DNA of 64,000 nucleotides from a bacterium (lineage in GTDB: Bacteria > Actinomycetota > Acidimicrobiia > Spongiisociales > ZC4RG35). Below are positions 43,914-50,530 of the stretch, piece after piece (positions within the stretch are counted from its first letter, which is position 1; each line of letters begins with the position of its first letter). The notes below the pieces were generated by a model. The model saw nothing but the letters and a program-made list of their open reading frames with translations, made no database searches and was not told the DNA's origin. The stretch is from contig JAPPFC010000051.1 in the NCBI GenBank assembly GCA_028824015.1, positions 4,732 to 68,731 on the forward strand, read 5' to 3'. The translations under genes were made by a program, and so were the position numbers.

Positions 43914-44056
43914 GCTAGGCGCGCCTCGGTGTTTCGGTCATGTCTCATCCCTGGCTGGATCGAGTCTCTCCCTTGTCAGGCTAGCCGCCGCCTTCGGACG
44001 AGGTCGCCCTACGGGACCAACCTGATGATGCGGAGCCCTGTTAGGCTTCTCGGCTG

Positions 44057-44983
44057 ATGGCGACCATCGCCTATCCCCCTATCCCGGTCTGGGAAATCGG
44101 GCCTCTGCTGTTCTCTCTTCACGGGGTGTTTGCGGCGGTGGGTTTCTTCGCGGGCTTTTGGCTGGTGGTCCGCTTGTTGGAGCGGCGAGGTTTCGATCCG
44201 GCCGGTTTCCACTCCCTGGCGGTCTGGATCCTGATCGGAGGCCTCCTCGGCGCTCGCCTTCTGACCGCACCTGCCGCCTTGGTGGACGGAGCAGGGTGGG
44301 CGGCGCTCAATCCGGTGGTCGGCAACTACTCCATCATGGGGGGATTCCTAGGAGGGATCGTGGTGGGGGTCTGGAGGATCCGCCGTGGCGGGCTTCCTCT
44401 CATGCCTTACCTGGACCTGGCTGCCTTCGGTCTGGCGATGGGCACGGTGGTGGGGAGGATCGGGGACTTGGCCATTGTCGAGCACCTGGGCAGGGCCACC
44501 ACCGCCGCGTGGGGATATGAGGTCCGCCCCGGCTATGACCTGGCGCCCCAGCACAACGGGCTGGAGTGCACGGTGGCCGAGGCGGGTCCGGACGGGATCT
44601 GTGGCGTCTACCACCATGTGGCTCTTTACGACATGCTGGGGGCGGGGATTCTCTTGGCGGTGCTGTGGCTGATCTATCGCCGGGCGCCCCTCCGGTACGG
44701 ACAGCTCTTCTCGGTCTGGGTGGTGTGGTACGGCCTGCAGAGGTTCCTGCTGGACTCTCTCCGTTTCGGGATGGGCGACGCCACCCTGGGCGGGTTCACC
44801 TGGAACCAGGTGAGTGCTCTGGGAGGAGCGGCCCTGGGAGTCGCCCTGTTCTGGTGGTTCGGCCGACGCCAGCCGAGCGTCTCCCCCGAGGAGGATGCAG
44901 GCATGGGGGCGGGGTCGGTGGCTACCGATCAGGAGGGCCAGGCCGTCGATGACCATTTGCGACATCCCCCGGAGGTGGGGTAG
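44057..44983 (+). CDS. lgt: Prolipoprotein diacylglyceryl transferase
   Basis: FSLHGVFAAVGFFAGFWL..., GARL, GRIGDL (GRxGN-like) and YDMLGAGILLAVLWL...GQLFSVWVVWYGLQRFLLDSLR. Confidence 0.9.
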   Translation: MATIAYPPIPVWEIGPLLFSLHGVFAAVGFFAGFWLVVRLLERRGFDPAGFHSLAVWILIGGLLGARLLTAPAALVDGAGWAALNPVVGNYSIMGGFLGGIVVGVWRIRRGGLPLMPYLDLAAFGLAMGTVVGRIGDLAIVEHLGRATTAAWGYEVRPGYDLAPQHNGLECTVAEAGPDGICGVYHHVALYDMLGAGILLAVLWLIYRRAPLRYGQLFSVWVVWYGLQRFLLDSLRFGMGDATLGGFTWNQVSALGGAALGVALFWWFGRRQPSVSPEEDAGMGAGSVATDQEGQAVDDHLRHPPEVG

Positions 44984-44996
44984 TATCTCCCTCCTG

Positions 44997-45115
44997 ATGC
45001 AGGCAGAGAGATTTGTTCGCTATTTCGTCTTTACCGGGCCCCGGCTCCGGAGGGCATAGCGCGGACTGATAACCGACAAACGCCTGACCCGGAGCCCGGC
45101 TCCGGGTTTTCTTTT
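44997..45115 (+). promoter_or_regulatory. Candidate transcription attenuator: 20-codon Phe/Tyr-rich leader ORF (44997-45059) plus alternative antiterminator/terminator hairpins
   Basis: The leader encodes MQAERFVRYFVFTGPRLRRA*. The 11-mer cccggctccgg occurs at 45040-45050 and again at 45095-45105, and both copies can pair with ccggagcc at 45089-45096. See the findings for the full argument. Confidence 0.45.
45088..45115 (+). terminator. Intrinsic terminator (8-bp GC stem, TTTTCTTTT tail)
   Basis: cccggagc-ccg-gctccggg (45088-45106) is followed by ttttctttt (45107-45115). It lies downstream of lgt and 40 nt upstream of the aro gene. Confidence 0.7.
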
Positions 45116-45154
45116 GCCCGGACGCCGGTCCCCGAGCACCAGTAGCAAAGAGGT

Positions 45155-46213
45155 ATGGCAGTGGAGAGACAAGCAACCAAGGAAAGCCGATCGAAGCCCA
45201 CGGTCGTAAAGGTGGGGGAGACCCGGTTTGGACGCGATCCTTTCCCGGTCATTGCCGGACCCTGTGCGGTCGAGAGCGAAGAACAGATCAACACTGTGGC
45301 GGATGCAGTGGCCGACGGCGGTGCTTCGATCCTGCGAGCAGCCACTTACCGGCAGGCCAACTCTCCCTACTTTTTCCGCGGTTTGAGGCTTGAGGGCGCC
45401 GAGCTCCTGGCCGAGGCCGGCAAGCGGGTGGGTTTGCCGGTTGCCATGCCGATCATGGAGGAGCGGGAACTGGAGGAGGCGGGGCACCTGGTCGACCTGT
45501 TGGAGATACACCACGGTTCGATGCAGAATTTCGAGTTGTTGAGGGTGGCGGGCCGCTCTCAGAAGCCGGTGATGATCCGCCGGGGTCCCTCGGCCACCCT
45601 CGACGAGTTCCTGTGGTCGGTGGAATACCTCATGGCCGAGGGCAACGACCAGATCATCCTGGTAGAGCGGGGCATCCGCACCTTCGGGACGGGACATCGG
45701 GACACTTTGGACATCACGGCTGTCCCCCAGTTGAAGGAGATCTCCCACCTACCGGTACTGGTGGACCCAAGCCATGCCTCGGGGGGAGCGACGCGGGTGC
45801 CGCCCTTGGCGTTGGCCGCCCAGGGAGTGGGATCGGACGGCCTGATAGTGGAGGTCCATCCTCGGCCCGAGGCGGCCAAGACCGAGGGTCCTCGGCAGTT
45901 GAACCTGGAGGAGTTCGCCGATCTGATGGTGCAGTTGGGAATCAGTCGGCTCCGTTCCCGCATCGATTTGGTTGACCGGGAGATCGTCCGGCTGCTGGCC
46001 CGCCGCCGCCGGCTGAGTCTGGAGGTGGGCCGGGCCAAGGCCGACCAGGGTTGGCCGGTTCAGGTGCCCGACCGGGAGGCCGAGCTCTTGGAGGTGGTGC
46101 GCGAGGAGGCTCTCCTGACCCAACTCGATCCGGATTACATCGAGAGACTGTTCGAAATGGTGTTGGAAAGCTCCCGCCGGGCCCAACGCGAGATGCGAGA
46201 CACCGAGAGCTAA
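45155..46213 (+). CDS. 3-deoxy-7-phosphoheptulonate (DAHP) synthase type I-beta-like domain fused to a C-terminal AroQ chorismate mutase
   Basis: The DAHPS-like part carries VIAGPCAVES, ERGIRTF, VDPSHASG and EVHP. The C-terminal part ISRLRSRIDLVDREIVRLLARRRRLSLEVGRAKA...VPDREAELL is a chorismate mutase type II pattern. Confidence 0.85.
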   Translation: MAVERQATKESRSKPTVVKVGETRFGRDPFPVIAGPCAVESEEQINTVADAVADGGASILRAATYRQANSPYFFRGLRLEGAELLAEAGKRVGLPVAMPIMEERELEEAGHLVDLLEIHHGSMQNFELLRVAGRSQKPVMIRRGPSATLDEFLWSVEYLMAEGNDQIILVERGIRTFGTGHRDTLDITAVPQLKEISHLPVLVDPSHASGGATRVPPLALAAQGVGSDGLIVEVHPRPEAAKTEGPRQLNLEEFADLMVQLGISRLRSRIDLVDREIVRLLARRRRLSLEVGRAKADQGWPVQVPDREAELLEVVREEALLTQLDPDYIERLFEMVLESSRRAQREMRDTES

Positions 46214-46365
46214 GGCGCCCTGCATCTGAGAGCAGCGACGAGGAGGACATAGCCGGATTCCCCGGCGAGGGAACACACGAGGGAAGCCACCGACGGTAGC
46301 AAAACCCGCGAAAAACGGGGTTCCCTCCGGGCCCTCCCCCGCCACCACCTTGCCATGGGTTGGTC

Positions 46366-46393
46366 AGGCTCTGTCCAGGCCTGGACAGGGCCT
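46366..46393. other. 28-nt near-perfect palindrome / strong hairpin
   Basis: aggctctgtccagg|cctggacagggcct. The central 18 nt form a perfect palindrome (46371-46388). With flanks there are 13 Watson-Crick pairs plus one G-U. No U-tract follows on either strand. Confidence 0.5.
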
Positions 46394-46648
46394 TGATTCG
46401 CAACATGATTGATCCCTCGACGGGGTCCGCTCGACGCCTGGGCGGACCTCTTCTGGTGTTTGACTGGTATCAGTGTGAGCTACGGTTGGGACAGAATCAA
46501 CCCTTGGTCGGGGTTTTGTTTCACAACCTTGTGATAAGCGATGAAGCGTTTCAGGCCGAATCCGTGGCCGCAGTGGCAATGCTCCTCTCCGTGCATCCGG
46601 GATCGGCTAGCATCTTGGCCGAGTCGGCTACGGAGATGGCCGAGGCAG

Positions 46649-46724
46649 GGCCCCGTCGTCCAGCGGCCTAGGACGCCGGCCTTTCAAGCCGGTAACGCGG
46701 GTTCGAATCCCGTCGGGGCTACCA
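46649..46724 (+). tRNA. tRNA-Glu (anticodon UUC), CCA encoded
   Basis: Folded by hand. Acceptor GGCCCCG/CGGGGCU (G1-U72). D arm GTCC-AGCGGCCTA-GGAC. Anticodon arm CCGGC-CTTTCAA-GCCGG. T arm GCGGG-TTCGAAT-CCCGT. Discriminator A plus CCA. Close to the canonical bacterial tRNA-Glu layout. Confidence 0.9.
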
Positions 46725-46742
46725 CTTGCCGGGAATGGTCTA

Positions 46743-48353
46743 CTAATGATCTGGATCCGATTCGGCGATCACGTAGTGAGTGCCGCGTTTGGCGCCTCGC
46801 CTCTCCAAATGACCCTCCTTCAGGAGTTCTCGCAGTAAGTCAAGGACCTGAAACCGTGACAATCCGAGTTGTGAACGCAGGAATCGGTTCGTTAGTGGCC
46901 CCTCATTGGCCATTCTGAGAACCATTGACAACCTCTCGCCTCTGCTAAGAGGCACTCTGGTGGGAGGCTTGATGCTCCGAGCCAGCCGGTATCGGGCTCC
47001 TCCTTTAATACCGTCTTGTTCAAGGAATCCCGCATCACGCAGCCTTTGCAGGCTTTGACGCGCCTTGTGGCTGTCGACATTTAGCAGTGAGCGAACGTCG
47101 GCATTGGTCAACTCGGCGCCGCGAGCCGCTTCGATAAGGACACGCCGATCGGCGGCCCGCAGGTGCCCTTGAACTTCCTGCTCTCGTACCCACGCCCGCT
47201 CTTCTGGAGCCACGGGGCTCTCGATAGGCAACTGGACTGTCACATGGCCAGTGGTCTTCTCCGCAAAGACCGGCTCAGCTCTGAGATCATCGGCCATTTC
47301 GTCGAGGATTACCCGAATACCGCGGCCGGCATCCTCCGCCATCCCGAAATGACGCAGCATTTTGATGATCACCCTGTTTCTAGCCGAATGGGATGTTCGG
47401 AGGTTGTCGATGGTTATCGGGTCTATTAATCCACCGGGAGACGTGATCTCTACCCCATGAGGTGTTACGTGCACTTCGACGGCCGACCCTGACAACTGGT
47501 AGTCGCGGTGGGCCACCGCGTTGGCCAGAGCTTCCCTGATTGCTCGTGTAGGAAGACGAGGCAATTCGTGGCGGCTAAGACCCACGACGACTAGATCAAT
47601 GCCGATTTGCTCTGCTATCCAGGCTGTTGCATGGTGCACCTGTTGAGCTGGAGTGCCCGAGACAACGACCCGCTGGTCATACTCCTGCGCTCCTCCCTGG
47701 TAACGAAACAGTTCGATGTAGCACTTCCCGATGGCTTGAGATGCTTCGGGAACCAGGTAGAGCGCACCTGCATTCGTCAGAGTGGCGCCATCCCCCTGCC
47801 GGACAGCCATCTGGCGTTGAACAAGGGCATCTGACAGATCAGTCTCTTCCTGCGGTTCGATCTCAAGGGCTGCACACAACTCGTCGACAAGTGTTGGGTC
47901 AGCCTCGCCTATTGACCACTGCGAGGGACTGCTGTCGAAGCTCACGAGCGTTCGCTGGCGCATCAGCCGCCGGAGTTGCTCTCCCTTGAGCACCAGGTTT
48001 TGCTTGCCCCGTCGGATCAAAGGCCTGCCATCCGAGGTTTGAGCGATGCCCTGTCGTCTCTCAGCAACCGAGATGACCGCAATACGCACCCCATCTACCA
48101 GGACCTCCGCTAGTTCGACCCGTCCGGGTGACTCGATCTCGTGGATCGTCTCCCACAGGTCCTTTTCAAGCCCTGTGTCAAGGGGTCTGCCGACTATTTC
48201 CCCTTTGTTGTTGACGCCGATCATGATCAGGCCCCCTTCGGCGTTAGAGAAGGCCACGACAGCCTCTTGGATTTTCTTGCCGCTCGACCCCAACTTCCAC
48301 TCGACGTGCTGGCCTTCGTCGGGGAACTGTTCGGCGAAGTCCTCCACAGTCAT
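46743..48353 (-). CDS. AlbA_2 (Schlafen-like) / HATPase_c_4 / double winged-helix protein (often mis-annotated as RecG-like helicase or transcriptional regulator)
   Basis: N-terminus EGQHVEWKLG...AVVAFSNAEGGLIMIGVNNKGEIVG (AlbA_2). Middle REALANAVAHRDYQ...ITSPGGL...SHSARNRVIIKMLRHFGMAEDAGRGI (HATPase_c_4). Two C-terminal wHTH-like segments. G+C is visibly lower than in the flanks. Confidence 0.75.
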   Translation of the reverse strand: MTVEDFAEQFPDEGQHVEWKLGSSGKKIQEAVVAFSNAEGGLIMIGVNNKGEIVGRPLDTGLEKDLWETIHEIESPGRVELAEVLVDGVRIAVISVAERRQGIAQTSDGRPLIRRGKQNLVLKGEQLRRLMRQRTLVSFDSSPSQWSIGEADPTLVDELCAALEIEPQEETDLSDALVQRQMAVRQGDGATLTNAGALYLVPEASQAIGKCYIELFRYQGGAQEYDQRVVVSGTPAQQVHHATAWIAEQIGIDLVVVGLSRHELPRLPTRAIREALANAVAHRDYQLSGSAVEVHVTPHGVEITSPGGLIDPITIDNLRTSHSARNRVIIKMLRHFGMAEDAGRGIRVILDEMADDLRAEPVFAEKTTGHVTVQLPIESPVAPEERAWVREQEVQGHLRAADRRVLIEAARGAELTNADVRSLLNVDSHKARQSLQRLRDAGFLEQDGIKGGARYRLARSIKPPTRVPLSRGERLSMVLRMANEGPLTNRFLRSQLGLSRFQVLDLLRELLKEGHLERRGAKRGTHYVIAESDPDH

Positions 48354-48755
48354 GAAGAGCGGTTGGTCTAGCGTGGCCCTAATAGATAGATTTGCGAGAT
48401 TTCTCAGAATTCGTCTCCTAAATAGGACAAATAGATAAGTGCATCATATTTGCTCAAAACCTCTCTTTGCATCGCCATTTGAACAGAGTTGGCTCCGTTC
48501 GGGGAGGAAGCCGAGGGGCCGAGTTCTAGTTATAGACCCTAAACCAGCAGTTTGATACTGAACAAGAGAGATTATGTGAGTTTTCTAATAATAGACCATC
48601 TCTTCTACCAATATACACAACACTCACATATTTTGGTCAATATCTGCGGCTCCCTGGCGGAAGGGCGGAGACTAAGGCTACGATTCGTCAACGACGTTGC
48701 TCTGGGGTACGCGGCCCCCTATCTTGGGTATTAGATTTCTTAGCTGGTTCTTTAG

Positions 48756-49301
48756 ATGTCCGTACAGCTATACAACCGGTTTCTGGCGCTTCTGGTCCTG
48801 ATGGCGTTGGCGGCCGCCGTGGCGTTGGCGTTCCGTCCGGTGCGGCGGGCCGTGGGTGGTCTGGGTCTGGACAGGTCTTGGAGGTGGCCCGCCTTCCTGC
48901 TTGCCGCCGCCGCAACCGCCGGGAGCCTGGTCTTCTCGGAGGTGATCGGTTATGAGCCCTGCGAACTGTGCTGGTACCAGCGGATAACCATGTATCCCAT
49001 GGTGGTGGTCTTCGGGGTGGATCTCCTAGGCGGGGACGGCGACTCCCGTAGCCGCCGGTACGCACTCCCTCTGGCGGTGGTGGGACTGGCGATCAGTGTT
49101 TATCACTACCTGGTGCAGGTCTTTCCCGATGCCGGTGGCGGCGTATGCGGGATGGGGGTGCCATGTTCGGCGCGTTACGTGGAGGAATTCGGGTTCGTCT
49201 CCATCCCCTTTATGGCCGGAGCCGTGTTCGCCCTGATAGTCGCTATTCTCTTGGCTTTCGGGAAGCCGGTCCCCACGGGAGAAACAGCAGATGGCGGCTA
49301 A
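48756..49301 (+). CDS. Disulfide bond formation protein, DsbB/BdbC family
   Basis: 4 TM. First redox pair in YEPCELCWYQRI. Second Cys pair in GGGVCGMGVPCSARY. Confidence 0.8.
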   Translation: MSVQLYNRFLALLVLMALAAAVALAFRPVRRAVGGLGLDRSWRWPAFLLAAAATAGSLVFSEVIGYEPCELCWYQRITMYPMVVVFGVDLLGGDGDSRSRRYALPLAVVGLAISVYHYLVQVFPDAGGGVCGMGVPCSARYVEEFGFVSIPFMAGAVFALIVAILLAFGKPVPTGETADGG

Positions 49302-49944
49302 GAACAAGAACAAACTGGTGATCATCCTGGGAGGGGTGGTCGCGGTGGTGGTCGCCGGGCTGGTGGCGTTCTTCACGGTGGCCGGATCCGAGCCGGAGAC
49401 CGCAGAGGTTGCGGTCGACGGGGACCCGATCCCTGTGCTGGCGGGGAATGTGCCGGTCGGCCAGGACATCGCCTTCGGGTGGGATGCGCCAGCGGTGACC
49501 GGTTCCGACTGGATGGGCAATCCGGTGACCATCGATCAGGCTGACGGGCGTCCCAAGGTGATCGTCTTCCTGGCCCACTGGTGCCCCCACTGTCAGGCCG
49601 AAGTCCCTCAGATCCAGGCGTGGCTCAACCAAACGGGGGGAAGTTCCGAGGTGGATCTCTACGGGGTGGCAACTTCAATCAACCGGTCCCGGCCCAACTG
49701 GCCCCCGAGCGACTGGCTCGACAGGGAAGGGTGGACCTCGCCCACCATCATGGACCACAACAACCGGGCTGCCACGGCCTACGGTCTGTCGGCTTTTCCC
49801 TACTGGGTGGCCGTCAACGCCGAGGGCAAGGTGGTGTACCGCGTGGCGGCGGCCATCGGCGTTGACGGGCTTCTGACCCTCCAGCAGCTTGCCACCCAGA
49901 GCATGGCTGAACTCCAGGAGTTGGTCGGGCAGACCGGGGGTTGA
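49291..49944 (+). CDS. Membrane-anchored TlpA/ResA-like thiol-disulfide oxidoreductase
   Basis: N-terminal TM anchor and the thioredoxin motif FLAHWCPHCQAE. Overlaps the dsbB-like gene by 11 nt. Confidence 0.8.
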   Translation: MAAKNKNKLVIILGGVVAVVVAGLVAFFTVAGSEPETAEVAVDGDPIPVLAGNVPVGQDIAFGWDAPAVTGSDWMGNPVTIDQADGRPKVIVFLAHWCPHCQAEVPQIQAWLNQTGGSSEVDLYGVATSINRSRPNWPPSDWLDREGWTSPTIMDHNNRAATAYGLSAFPYWVAVNAEGKVVYRVAAAIGVDGLLTLQQLATQSMAELQELVGQTGG

Positions 49945-49957
49945 GTCCGGTGGGCGC

Positions 49958-50404
49958 CTATCGCTGGTCGTCCAGGCTCTTCACCTTGGCCAGCCGGCGC
50001 AGATAGGCATCCTCCCTTAACAGTTGCGCTTCAAGGAAGGCTTTGACCAGCTCCTCTGCGAGAGCCTGTCCTATCACTCTGCTGCCTAAACAGAGCAGGT
50101 TCATGTCGTCGTGTTCCACCGCCTGGCGGGCTGAGTAGGTGTCGTGTGCGACCGAGCCCCGTATGCCCTTGACCTTGTTGGCGACGATCGAGGCGCCTGC
50201 CCCGGTTCCGCAGATCATGATTCCCCGATCTGCCCGTCCCTCCGTGATCGCGTAGGCAACCGCCAGCGTGTAGTCGGGATAATCGACACGGTCGTCACTG
50301 TGGGCGCCAAGGTCGAACACGGTGTGACCCTGCTGAGCGAGAAACCCGGTCAGCTGTTGCTTCAGCGGAAAGCCCGCATGGTCGGCGCCTATCGCCACCC
50401 TCAT
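49958..50404 (-). CDS. rpiB: Ribose-5-phosphate isomerase B
   Basis: MRVAIGADHAGFPLK...GIMICGTGAGASIVANK. Confidence 0.9.
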   Translation of the reverse strand: MRVAIGADHAGFPLKQQLTGFLAQQGHTVFDLGAHSDDRVDYPDYTLAVAYAITEGRADRGIMICGTGAGASIVANKVKGIRGSVAHDTYSARQAVEHDDMNLLCLGSRVIGQALAEELVKAFLEAQLLREDAYLRRLAKVKSLDDQR

Positions 50405-50530
50405 AAATTTCTCCTGTCACCGAAGACGTACCGAGTGAGGCTACCGCACGGAGGCCGAGTGTTCGGTGACCCCCGGAGAAGAGCCGGTGTTCCGCCTCAG
50501 GCAGTCCGGTTCGTACAATCGGGGTTGAAA

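Noticed and set aside
46631-46650. cGGAGATGGCCGAGGCAGG resembling the 5' acceptor/D-arm of a tRNA-Ser/Leu, abutting tRNA-Glu
   Set aside because: The acceptor is 2 nt short, and no matching anticodon or T arm or 3' acceptor strand follows. It cannot be supported as a tRNA remnant.
46360-46671. 103-aa plus-strand ORF
   Set aside because: It runs into and overlaps the tRNA-Glu gene. It has no RBS or motifs and sits in a region better explained as non-coding.
48573-48630. 9-bp inverted repeat TATGTGAGT / ACTCACATA separated by 40 nt in the AT-rich spacer (possible MITE ends or sRNA stem)
   Set aside because: A 9-bp inverted repeat within 50 nt is expected roughly ten times in 64 kb by chance. 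There are no flanking target-site duplications and no other copies in the window.
48552-48734. 60-aa plus-strand ORF in the AT-rich spacer
   Set aside because: It has a TTG start with no RBS, an odd composition and no similarity that I recognise. It is probably a chance ORF in low-GC DNA.
48396-48743. Direct repeat AGATTTCTCAG / AGATTTCTTAG (48396-48406 and 48733-48743) flanking the AT-rich spacer as possible att or TSD sites
   Set aside because: It is only a 10/11 match in AT-rich sequence, is unrelated to the tRNA-Glu 3' end, and no integrase is present.
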